A stretch of 64,000 nt of DNA from Hyaloraphidium curvatum SAG 235-1 (Eukaryota > Fungi > Monoblepharomycota): positions 1-64,000 of the forward strand of contig JAIVFI010000045.1 in NCBI GenBank assembly GCA_025558095.1. Direction: 5' to 3'. Under the pieces are notes generated by a model that saw nothing but the letters and a program-made list of their open reading frames with translations, was not told where the DNA came from and did not search any database. Position 1 is the first letter of the stretch, and each line of letters starts with the position of its first letter. Shown piece after piece: positions 1-9,885 of the stretch. The translations under genes and the position numbers were made by a program.

Positions 1-78
1 GAGCTTCTTGTAAGCCTCGGTGAGTGAGAGCGTGCCGGTGCGGCCGAAGCCCGAGCCGGCGACGACGAGGTCGGCCAT
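1..78 (-). CDS. Sulfotransferase-family (Sulfotransfer_4-like) P-loop protein, 5' end only, runs off window
   Basis: Manual translation from the ATG at 78 gives MADLVVAGSGFGRTGTLSLTEAYKKL, matching the family's 'V.GAG.GRTGT.SL..AL..L' N-terminal motif. Confidence 0.7.
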   Translation of the reverse strand, partial: MADLVVAGSGFGRTGTLSLTEAYKKL

Positions 79-474
79 TCTGGCGGCGTCTTCGAGCGGG
101 GTCGGCTGGGAGACGGTCAAAGCGGCGTCCTCGGCGGGGGCTGCGGGGCCGGCGGGGAGGCGGAGATAGAGGGCGGAGGAACGTCGAGGCACGCTCTGCT
201 CTTGGGGGGCAGGAAGGACGCGTTGTGGCCGCGGTGGGGAAAGGTCCGACGGGAGGCAGCGACCGCGATGACTCGAGTCTGACTGGGCCACCCCTTTCCC
301 CGATTATCCGATCCGGCCATCATTCCAGTCGCTGGTCGATTGCGGAGCAGCAATCTTCGCCAATCACACACTTCGCGCTTTGGTCCATCCGGGCCCGGTT
401 GGCCACAGGCCTTGGAATGGGAGCCCGAAGCAAGAGGTCGCCCATCCCTCCTCACAGTGCCCCACCCCGCTGCG

Positions 475-1994
475 ATGGAGACCGGTCCGGCCACCGACAT
501 TCCCGCCGCGGAGAGCACCGACGCCGACTTCCAGGCCGACGAGTGGCTTGCGCTGTTCCCCGCCCCCTCGGAACCCGTCCCGACGTTCGGCGACGCGGAG
601 CACGGCGCCAACCCCGACGACGCGGCGCGCGCCGCGGACCCGCTGACGGCCGCAGCGATCCTCGATGACGTGTCGGGCCTCGTCCGTGCGGCGGCGTGGC
701 CCGCGTTCCGCGTCCACGGCGCGCTGCCGCCGCTGTTCGCCTGCGCCGCATTTGGCGTCTGGGGCGCCGCCATCGTCGCGCTCGTCGGCGTCGGCGCATC
801 GCTCGGCGCGGGGCAGTTTGCCGCCAAGGACGTTGCGCTGGGGATCGCCGGCCTCGCCGCCTTCCACGTCGGGAACGTCGTTAGCTTCGGCCTCTCCTCC
901 GTCGCCATGGGCACAAACGTCTCGCGCCTGACGGATTTCACGGTGCCCGCCGCCGTGTGCCGCTGGCTGCGGCTCGTGCGCCGGCCCAAGACCCGCCCGA
1001 TATCGCCCCTGGTGCGCCACGTGGCCGGCGACCGCTCGTGCCCGTGCCAAGAATGCTGCAGCTGGGCCGAGGGCGCCGCCGGCTTCTACTCCCTGCTCGA
1101 CGTGGCCACAAACACCGTCATGTCCTGGGTGCTCGGCATCTTCTTCGTGTACACCCCCGTCGTGACCTACGCCGGAGCCCTGTGGTCGACCTGGTACGGC
1201 ATCTTGCTTGGCATCGTCTGGGCCACCGTGTTCCCGGGCTACCTCCTCGTCAGCTTCGTGCGGCCCCTGGTGATCGACAACCTGGGCCGGGCGGACCTGG
1301 AGCGGCGCCTTCTCTGCCGCGCCGTCGGGATCGCCATGGGCGACCTCCTGGGCCGCTTCCGTCGCGCCGCGGCCGCCGGCAACCCCCCGCCGCGCCCGGA
1401 CCGCTGGAGCTACATCGGACTGCACTACCGGTTCGCCGCCCTCTGCAGCTCCTGGAGGCGGAGGGAGTCGATCTGGACCTCGCGCATCTACGGGCTCGTG
1501 CTGGTCCCCGTCGCCGTCCTCTTCGTCGGGCTCTGCGCGGTGGGGACCTCCTATGCACAGTGCGTACGCACGCCAGCTTAACCCCCCAGCCCCCCTCCCA
1601 GGCCGTCGGCCGCTGCATCCTCGCCTGGCAGCTCGTCCTCCTCGCCCACGCCGCGGTCTTCTTCGCCGTCAACGCCGTCAACCTCGCCTCGCGCAACCGC
1701 ACCATCGACGCCGTCGCGGCGGTGTACCGCGACGCGCAGCGGGAGCTCCGCGCGCTGGCCGTGCGCGCGGGGGCGGGCGCCCTGTCGGCCGAGCTGGACC
1801 TGCACGATCGCGCGCTGGGGAGCTTCCTGGACGTGACGAACCAGCGCGCGGGCCTGTTCGGGTTCGTGGTGACGTTCGGGAGCGTGAGGACGATGGTGGT
1901 GACGGGGATCACGGTCGCCGTGGCGCTGTTCACCGTGCTGCGCGCGCTGGGGGTGACGGCGACGCTGGAGAACTTTTGCCCCGCGACGGCTTGA
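475..1994 (+). CDS. Multi-pass membrane protein, GRL/DUF3537-like C-terminus; exons 475-1539 and 1602-1994
   Basis: ORFs 340..1581 and 957..1994 are joined in frame by a GT..AG intron at 1540-1601. There are several hydrophobic segments, and a paralog lies at 38890-40352. Confidence 0.75.
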
Positions 1995-2077
1995 GGTGGA
2001 ACCGGCAAGGACAGGTTGTGTACGAAGGGGACATGAATTGATTCTCCAAGCCGGATCGCGAGCACCGGCTGACCCCA

Positions 2078-3054
2078 TTACAGCAACGCTGTCTCCTTCC
2101 TTCCCATCATCGCGTCCCACTCGCCCTGCGTCTGCAGCGCCCTCGTCCTCTGCACCGGCAGGCTCCCCGACACCACCAACGTGTCCCCGTTCATCGAGTC
2201 GTCCTCGATCGCGCGCACGAAGCACCCGACCACCTTGTCCATGGGGGTCCAGCCGCCGGCGGCGCCGATGCTGTCGCGGAAGGCGCGGTCGACGTCCTCC
2301 TGCGTCTTGAGCTTGCCGCCCGAGGAGACCTCCCAGATCGGGGTGAATGTGTTGCCCTGCAACCTTGAGGTTGGGGCGCGCCGCAGGAAGCAAAGGAGGG
2401 ACACCCACGACGGCGATGTTGACCGCGCGCACGTTCTTGTACCGCTCCATCGGCCCCTTCATCTCCCCGAAGCTGGCGATGGACGCCGCGAAGGAGGCAA
2501 GCGCCGCCTTTGTCAGAACGTAAATGGGATCTTCGTGCCCCCTGAACTGCGACATGGAGCCCGTGGAGATGACCACGCCCGGCTTGCCGGCGCGGATGAA
2601 GTGGGTCAGGGCGAGGCGCGAGGCCAGCAGAGCCCCCGTCAGGTTGACCTGCAGGGATGAAGTGGGTCAGGGCGAGGCGAGACGCCGGCAATTCCCCCGT
2701 GAGGTAGACCTGGAGGGTCTTGAGCCACGAATCGTCGTCCTTGAGCACGTCGCGCAGGTAAATGCCCATCATCCCCGCGTTGTTGATCAGGCCGTCGAAA
2801 CCACCGAACCGGGCCGTGGTGGCGGCGACCAGAGCGCGCACGTCGTCCAACACGCCGAGGTCGGTGCGGACAAAGACGAAATCGTCAGGGCGGCCCGTGG
2901 CCGCGGCCAGCTTCGCGACCACGGCGGCGCCCTGCGCTTCGTTGCGGCCAGCGAGGACGAGCCTGGCACCGCGCGCGGCGAGCTCGGCGCAGACGGCCTC
3001 GCCGATGCCGAACGTGGCGCCCGTCACAATGAACACGTTGCCCGCGATTTTCAT
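2078..3054 (-). CDS. Short-chain dehydrogenase/reductase (15-hydroxyprostaglandin DH-like), 2 predicted introns
   Basis: Contains TGATFGIG, NNAG, VNLTG and YVLTK motifs. Introns are at 2649-2709 and about 2358-2408. Confidence 0.85.
2594..2717. repeat. Tandem duplication with 61-bp period; one copy forms the SDR intron
   Basis: 2594-2648 vs 2655-2709 are identical at 47 of 55 positions by manual alignment. Confidence 0.9.
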
Positions 3055-4282
3055 GGCTCCGGAAGGTGGAAGCGGTGGAATGGCGCGGGGGTGGAGACGG
3101 TGGCGGTTGCGCGGGAGACTCCGTGGGGGACGTCCCACTCGACCCTTCAAATCCACCAACGAAAACAAAACGAGAACAGCATTTTCTAGCCGGAGTGAAG
3201 GAAGTCCTCCAGTCGGCAACCCGCATGTTTGCGCTAGCCTCGCATAGCTCTGCGGCCCGCTCCCGCACCGCGCCTCGTGCGTCCGCCATCTCCGGCCTGG
3301 CTTTCAACACCTTCGTGAGGGTCCGCTGGCTGGCAGCCAGCCCGAGGGCGGCGACCTCGCGGTGCAGGCTGCGCCGTACCTCTGGCGCCCACATCACGTT
3401 CACGTCCAGCAGCATGCTCCTCTCATCATCCCCATCGTAGGCATCCAAGGTTAAGAACGCGTGCCTGTCCCGTGGCAGCTCCAGGTAGCGATCTGCTCGC
3501 GTGGTGCAGCTTTCCGCATGCGGAGCGCCCATCGGCCGTGCCGAGAGCCAGAAAGTCGCCGAATGTACGCGGAAGCTCCTGGATGTACTGATTGCGGACA
3601 AGCAGCCCGCTCGACGAGTGCTTTTTGGCCCCCGCGCGAGTGCGCCGTGTCAATGTATGGCCACTGAAGGGCGGCCAGTGCAGACCCCTCCTTCTACACG
3701 CAGCCCTGTCCAGCTTCCCGGCTCTCCTGCCATCCGGCTTGCCCCGGCAACCTGGTCGGCCCTCATGCGCGCGGTCCGCATTGCAACGCACGGCGGCGTC
3801 ACCCCGCACCCCGGCCACGGAGACCAGCTCCGAGCCCCGCAACACCGCTCCCGAACGTTGCCGCTCCACCTTCTGCCCCCGGCTCCGCGGGAACCGCGGA
3901 ACCTGGCCGCCGGATCCGCCGGATCGGAAGCCGGCCCGGAAACCCCCGCCCGCTTCCCCCTCCTCGGGCCGCGCGCGCACCCGCGGCCCCCCGCCTGCGC
4001 TTCGCGGCATGCGAACCAGGTGGCGAGAATCGGAAGAAACCGGATGCAAGTTTTGCCCGGCCTCCGGTGGAACATTCCACCAAGGTCCTTCCCGGAACAC
4101 TCACCAGCCCAGATTGCGACGTCAGAGTCGGCTCACGTGGGCGGATTGCGCTCCTCACCGGCATCCATCCGACCTCCTGCAGGGCTACCGGGTCGTGCAA
4201 CGCCTTCCTGAAGCCCCCGCCGGGCACCCCGCAGCAGCACCGCGTGCGCCCCACCGCAGCCAGCCCATCCAGCACGCACGCG

Positions 4283-4969
4283 ATGGAGATAAGCACCCTC
4301 CCCGTGAAACCCGCCACCCCTCCGCCCTCCCCCGGCCCGGAAGACGGCCCCCGCGGGCATGCCCCGTCCTCCGCCCTCAAGGACCGCTGCGTGCCCACCC
4401 CGTCCCCGGCGACGCCCCAGCGCACCCTCCCCGGCTTCCCGCGCACGCACGTGCGCGACCTCATCCCCGCGTTCCCGCACAGGGGGATCAATTACTACCG
4501 CACCGTGGACATATGGCTCGACGTCGCGCTGGCCACGGCGCTGCTGGACGACATGGCCGAGGCGGCTGCGGGGATGCGGCCCGAGGTCCTGATGGCCGTC
4601 GGGTCGAGGGGGTTCCTGTTCGCCACGGCGGTCGCGCAGCGGTTGGGGCTGCCGGTGGTGTGTGCACAGCCGGCGGGGAAGCTGCCCGGGCCGGTGCACC
4701 GCGAGGGGTACTCGATGGTGTACGACAGGGCCAAGGCGATGGAGCTGCCCTCGGACCTCGGCCACCTGGTCGCGGGCAAGAACGCCGTGGTGGTGGACGA
4801 TGCGGTGGCGACGGGGGGGAGCCTGCTGGCGGCCAAGCGGCTGCTAGAGGGCGCGGGGATGCGCTGCACGGGGTGCCTGGTGCCGTTCGAGGACGGCAGG
4901 CACGGGAAGCTGGAGGAGTACTTGGAGGAACTGGCGCCGCTGACAGTGACCTGGTTCGATCTCCTTTGA
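4283..4969 (+). CDS. Adenine phosphoribosyltransferase-like (type I PRTase)
   Basis: Contains SRGFLF, GKLPG and the PRPP-binding VVVDDAVATGGSL motif. Confidence 0.85.
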   Translation: MEISTLPVKPATPPPSPGPEDGPRGHAPSSALKDRCVPTPSPATPQRTLPGFPRTHVRDLIPAFPHRGINYYRTVDIWLDVALATALLDDMAEAAAGMRPEVLMAVGSRGFLFATAVAQRLGLPVVCAQPAGKLPGPVHREGYSMVYDRAKAMELPSDLGHLVAGKNAVVVDDAVATGGSLLAAKRLLEGAGMRCTGCLVPFEDGRHGKLEEYLEELAPLTVTWFDLL

Positions 4970-5488
4970 GAGTTCGGGGGGTTGCTGTTTGTTGGAGAGC
5001 TGAGGTGCGTTGCCCATTCGGTCAACGGTGCATCCTGCGCGAATGCGTCTGACGTCGCCGCGATCCCAGGTAGCCGACCGCTGCTGCCATGGGAACAACC
5101 CAATGCATGCTTCGTCAGCCCGTGACTCCCGCGCCTTTGCCACTTCCTGCCATTTGTAGATGGACCGACGAGGCCCGCAAGACACATCACGTGCCTCCGT
5201 TTTCCCGACGCATCGTCCGCCTCCGTCCCGGCCGCGTCCTCGGACTCGCCGCCCCTCCGTGCCAAACTCCCGAACACCAACAGCGGCATTCGTGCGCCCG
5301 CCACCGCGGGAACCACGCCGGCCACCCGGGTGCCGCAAATCTCGATCGGCGGGCGGCTGGCTGTGCCCGTTCTGCGGTCGAGTCACGCCGATCCTCATTG
5401 TTTGCCGGACCCTTCCTTCGTGCAGCACCGCCCCACGGCGTCCCAAACAGCACCGCCCTGCCGAATCTCGCCACGAAATCAGCACCGA

Positions 5489-5998
5489 ATGCCAATCGCA
5501 CCGAACGCACCGCCGCGGCGCGCGGAACCGCCCGCGCGCCCCGCCCCGCCGCCCGCGGACCCGCCCGCACGGCTGCCGCCCGCGCGCCGCGCCCCGTCGT
5601 CGCCGCTCGCCCCCGCGGCCGCCCGCCCCCCGTTCGCGCGGCGCCGCGTGCGCTTCTGCCAGACGGTGACCGTCGCCGCCACGTTCGCCGCCGAGGACTA
5701 CGAGCGCGGGTACTCCGCCGAGGAGGGCCTGCGGATCATGCGCGAGGGCGTGCGCGCGCTCGAAATGGAGAGGAGGGAGAGGGAGGCGTGGGCCGCCTTC
5801 GAGGAGGTCGAGCGGCCCGGGTCGGGCAGCATTCCCGCCGGCGTGCCGCTGGTCAACCCGGGGGACAAGGCGCCCGCGGCGCCGCAGCCGCCGCCCGGCG
5901 ACGCGGGGACCGTCAGGTGGCCGGACCTCAGGGCGTCGTGGAAGGGGCCGTGGTGGTTCCGCCCAGCGAGGACAAGGAAGGACGTGGTGGTGGCTTGA
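5489..5998 (+). CDS. Small putative PP1-binding protein (Bni4/neurabin-like motif)
   Basis: RRRVRF...TFAAEDYERG is an RVxF motif followed by the Y(D/E)R motif. Confidence 0.55.
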   Translation: MPIAPNAPPRRAEPPARPAPPPADPPARLPPARRAPSSPLAPAAARPPFARRRVRFCQTVTVAATFAAEDYERGYSAEEGLRIMREGVRALEMERREREAWAAFEEVERPGSGSIPAGVPLVNPGDKAPAAPQPPPGDAGTVRWPDLRASWKGPWWFRPARTRKDVVVA

Positions 5999-6157
5999 CC
6001 GTCGGATGGTGGGAATGGCCACGGCGACCGATTGGAGGGGAGACGGAGGGGCTCGTGACTCGGTGACTCAGGACTAGACGATTCCCGCGGGACGGGACGG
6101 AAGAGCCCGTAACGCTTCGAATTGGATCCGAACATCCGTTCTGCACCTACTGCGTAG

Positions 6158-8044
6158 CTACCCGACCACCCGCTGCAGCGGCGGCAGGAACGCCACCCTG
6201 GCCCGGGCAAGCGACTCGACCATCCGCCCTTCCTTGAGTATCACCCCGTCCGCGGGCGCCTTGCCCTCGTGCCCCCCCCCCTCGTCCGCAGCCCCACCCG
6301 GGTCCACGTGCGCCGTTCCGGCCTCTCCCAACGAACACCCCAACACCTCCGCCTCAAGGGCCCCCCTCATCTCCCTCGCCAACCCCCGCGCAAATGGCCC
6401 CTCCCGCCTCCCCAAATCCTCCAAAAACCCGACCGCCTCCCCCGCCAGCCTTACCAGCTCCCTCCACCCCTGCCTCCTCCCTTCCCCCTCCCCCGCCGTC
6501 TCGAGCGGGCCGGGATGCGCCATCCCCCCCGCGGCGCCGAGCGCCACCTTGCCCGCGATCACCACGGGCTCCAAGCACGCGTGGTGCACCCACCGCATCC
6601 CCGGCCCGGTGCCGCGCAGCGCCCTTGCGCCGGCGAGGATGCGCTGCGCGCGGAGCAGGGCGGCGGAGGGGAACGAGGCCGCGAGGAAGGACTCGGCGGC
6701 CAGGCCTTCGGCGAGCATGCAGCACTGCGCCGCGACGGATGCGCGGAGCGGGTTGCCGAGGTGCGCCACCCCATGCAGGAGGAGGGGCCGGAAGTCGCCC
6801 GCGGCGAGGGCGGTGCCGATCTCCGGGGGCAGCGCGGCGCAGACGGCCCCGAAAAAGGCCGAGGCGGCGCCGCTGGCCAGCGCGCGGCGCTCGTTGCCCG
6901 CGGGGAGGGAACGGAAGGACCACAGCGCGAAGCGCATCCACTGAGTCGCGAGGAGGAGGCAGAGGGTGGTGCCGGTGCCGGAGAAGGGGAGGGAGACGAG
7001 GGCGCGCACGGCATGGGAGGCGGAGGAGAGGTCGCGCGGGTCGGGGGGGAAGGAGACGGCAGGCTCGCCGGCGGAGCGGAGGGTGCGGAACCTGAGGAAC
7101 GCCTCGGCGGGCTCGGGGTCGTCGAACAGGTCGTCCGGCGCAGGCGCCGTCCACGGTGCGGCGAAATAATTGCTGACCACCTTCCACGCGTCCGAATGCG
7201 CGGCCACCCCGAGGTCCATCGACGCCAGCGGTACCCGCAGGCGGACCACCTGCTCGCGGAACAGCCACTCGTCCTCCGTCTCGGGCATCCGTGGAAATGT
7301 GCGCGCGAGGAGCGCCTCGCTGCACCGCACGGCGCGGGCGAGCAGCGGGAGCATGCTCCTCGGCGCACCTGCGAGCATCACGGTCTCGCACAGCGAGAGC
7401 AGCGCCTGGCAGGCCTCGAGGTCGTCGGCCCCTTTGGCCAGCAGCAGCTCCACGGAGCGGTCCAGGCAGTGCTTGGCCACGGCGTTGCGCTGCCGCTCGG
7501 GTAGGCTCAGTGCCCGGGATCCCATGCACGCGAGGGCGTAGGCCAGCGCCAGCGGTCTCCTGCCGCCGTATGTGGAGGTGTGTTCGCCGCGCATGGCGCG
7601 CTCGAACGACGGTCGATGGAAGACGGGGAACTGCGCGTGGTTCGCCGCCCAAACCGAGCTTACGGCGGCCGCGATCAGCCCGTCGAGCGGGGCGTCGCCC
7701 ACGTCGCGGGGCGGCGCCGCGGTGGGCGGCAGGGTCGGGCTGCCCGCCGCCGCGCCCGCCCGCGCAAGGAGCCGCACGCTCTCGGCCACCGCAGCGCGGA
7801 ACTGCGGGCTGCCCGGCCCGGCGCTGCCAACGGACAGCATCGATCCCGGCGGCGACCCGACCAGGGTGCCTGAGCTGCCCTCCCGGCCCACCACCAACAA
7901 CCCGTCCTCGCCGTCCTCGGCCTGCGACGCCCGCCGCCACGACTCGGGCACCCGCCGGAACCCCGGCACGACGTCCATGGGCGCCGCAGATGCCCGCATC
8001 GCTGCTGTCGGGGGCCTGTCGGTCGCCGATCGTTTGTTGGCCAC
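6158..8044 (-). CDS. Fungal-specific transcription factor middle-homology domain protein; 5' exons unresolved
   Basis: HAQFPVFHRPSF...LAYALACMGSR, LEACQALL and EWLFREQVVR are typical of Fungal_trans domains. Confidence 0.65.
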   Translation of the reverse strand: MANKRSATDRPPTAAMRASAAPMDVVPGFRRVPESWRRASQAEDGEDGLLVVGREGSSGTLVGSPPGSMLSVGSAGPGSPQFRAAVAESVRLLARAGAAAGSPTLPPTAAPPRDVGDAPLDGLIAAAVSSVWAANHAQFPVFHRPSFERAMRGEHTSTYGGRRPLALAYALACMGSRALSLPERQRNAVAKHCLDRSVELLLAKGADDLEACQALLSLCETVMLAGAPRSMLPLLARAVRCSEALLARTFPRMPETEDEWLFREQVVRLRVPLASMDLGVAAHSDAWKVVSNYFAAPWTAPAPDDLFDDPEPAEAFLRFRTLRSAGEPAVSFPPDPRDLSSASHAVRALVSLPFSGTGTTLCLLLATQWMRFALWSFRSLPAGNERRALASGAASAFFGAVCAALPPEIGTALAAGDFRPLLLHGVAHLGNPLRASVAAQCCMLAEGLAAESFLAASFPSAALLRAQRILAGARALRGTGPGMRWVHHACLEPVVIAGKVALGAAGGMAHPGPLETAGEGEGRRQGWRELVRLAGEAVGFLEDLGRREGPFARGLAREMRGALEAEVLGCSLGEAGTAHVDPGGAADEGGGHEGKAPADGVILKEGRMVESLARARVAFLPPLQRVVG

Positions 8045-8549
8045 GGTGATTCGATGCGAGGGACGCTATCGCGCACGTGCCGCTTGTTCTGGAACCGGCC
8101 CGCGGCGGGAACCGCGCGAGGTCCCTTCCATCCCTCGCACGGAAGAACAACGGACGCAAGAGTTCCTCCGCGGCTGCCGCTTCGCACCGACTTGTGGCAG
8201 CCGCGATCGGAGGATCGGATCGGAGGAGCGGGCCGCGGTCGCGGGGCGCGGGGGAAATGGGGGGGCCGGCGGAGGGGCGAGGGTCGAGGGACATCCCGCC
8301 CGAACCGCCGATGTGAACGGACGGACTGCACCTCCGGTTCTGGACCAAGATCAGCTCATTTGCCTTATCCGGCCCCTCCCCACGCGTCTCCAGCTGGAGC
8401 GGGGCATGGCGGCTGGGGAAGGTGTGGTGGCCATCGCCGGGCATGGGGTGTGAAGTCAAGTGTCTCGTGTGCGCCTCCTCGCCGACAAGGATGAGTTCAG
8501 CCGGCGGAACCAATCTCATTTTCGACAGGGTTTCCAACCGAACACGAAT

Positions 8550-9827
8550 CTACTCCGCCACGTCCTGACACACGAGCTTGTGCGACGGCCAGTCCGCAAC
8601 TTGGCACTCCTTGGAGCAGTACCACGCGACGCGACACCGGGAGCACTTTCGCAGTTCCGAACCTTCCGAGGCCTTCCAAGCGCACCCGTTCCTGTCGCAT
8701 GACTCTTCCCGAGCCTGCCTATCGAACGCCTCCAAGTCCCTCCTCTCCTCCTCGGCGTTCTGCACCAGGACCTCGGGGAGCCTGGTCTCGGGGCGGTACA
8801 GCGCGGCTGCGCCGTCCGGGTGGGACAGGGCCGCGAGGTTCATGTACGCCGTGGACATCTCGGTGACGTCGCGCGCCAGCTCCTGCCGCGCGTCGTAGTC
8901 CGCGATGGACCGGGGGTAGAGGATGCGCCCGATCTTGGCCGCCAGGAACTTGTTGGCGGGGCGGTAACGATCGGTGTCGAAGTCCAGGTCCACGACGACG
9001 AGCCCCCGGGCTTCCCGGGCAGGGTCCGAGACGAGCCGCTTCCACCGGTCGGGGCGCTCCCGCGCGGCGTAGAGCACGAGCGTCATGGTGGCGTTCGCAA
9101 AGTGAAGAACCTCCTTCGGCGTGTCGGGCGAATGGAAGGCACCGGCTTCGTCGAGCAGGATGAAAATGTCGCAAATGTCGGCCGTGAGCATCAGCAACGC
9201 GTCCACGAAGTGCAGGTCCTGGGCCAGGCGCCGCCTCACCGCGGGGATGAGGGCCAGCTTCAGCAGCACTGCGAGCACGTAGTGAGCAGACGCATAAGGC
9301 ACTCGGACGAGGGCTTTGTTCATGCTCTCCATCCAGTTCGAAGGCGGGGTCCTTCCGTCGAAGACCGACACCCACGGCCTCGGCGGGTGTCTGGCGTCGG
9401 GCCAGCGCACCGCCGCGCAGAACAGAATGTCGGGATTCAGAGCCGCCAAGGCCACGGTGCGGATGTGGCGGTACGATCCAACAAAGGCGCGGTGGAGCAG
9501 CGCGGCAGCGGGACCCGTTTCGTCCGAACCGAAGCGGTCCTTGTCGCCAAGGAGCGCCTTGTGCGCTTCGATGAGGCACGTGTCGGCCGCGGCAACACGG
9601 TGAATGACGTCCCCCTCGCGGTCCGAAGCCTCGCGCATGGCGGCGGCGACCTCCCGGTGGAGCTGGCTCCCGTTTGCGAACGGAGCTTCTCGCAGGCGAG
9701 CCGCGGAGGCCGTCAGGTCGTCGAACACCGCGGCATACTCGCTCATCGCCGCCGTAAGCTCCGCCAAAGCGAGTGCCGCCTCCGGAGGGAGAGCCTGCTG
9801 CGAATCGGAGGCTGTCGTGTCGCTCAT
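8550..9827 (-). CDS. MYND zinc-finger protein
   Basis: C-terminal CDRNGC...LRKCSRCRVAWYCSKECQVADWPSHKLVC. Confidence 0.9.
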   Translation of the reverse strand: MSDTTASDSQQALPPEAALALAELTAAMSEYAAVFDDLTASAARLREAPFANGSQLHREVAAAMREASDREGDVIHRVAAADTCLIEAHKALLGDKDRFGSDETGPAAALLHRAFVGSYRHIRTVALAALNPDILFCAAVRWPDARHPPRPWVSVFDGRTPPSNWMESMNKALVRVPYASAHYVLAVLLKLALIPAVRRRLAQDLHFVDALLMLTADICDIFILLDEAGAFHSPDTPKEVLHFANATMTLVLYAARERPDRWKRLVSDPAREARGLVVVDLDFDTDRYRPANKFLAAKIGRILYPRSIADYDARQELARDVTEMSTAYMNLAALSHPDGAAALYRPETRLPEVLVQNAEEERRDLEAFDRQAREESCDRNGCAWKASEGSELRKCSRCRVAWYCSKECQVADWPSHKLVCQDVAE

Positions 9828-9885
9828 TCTCCGTTGTTTACCGGCAAGGGCTTGACGCGTCGACTCGGGCGCTGCTTAGCTGGCG

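Noticed and set aside
2885-4100. ORFs 2885..3601 and 3426..4100 on the minus strand
   Set aside because: Partly protein-like, but there is no recognisable family or consistent gene model; possibly a remnant.
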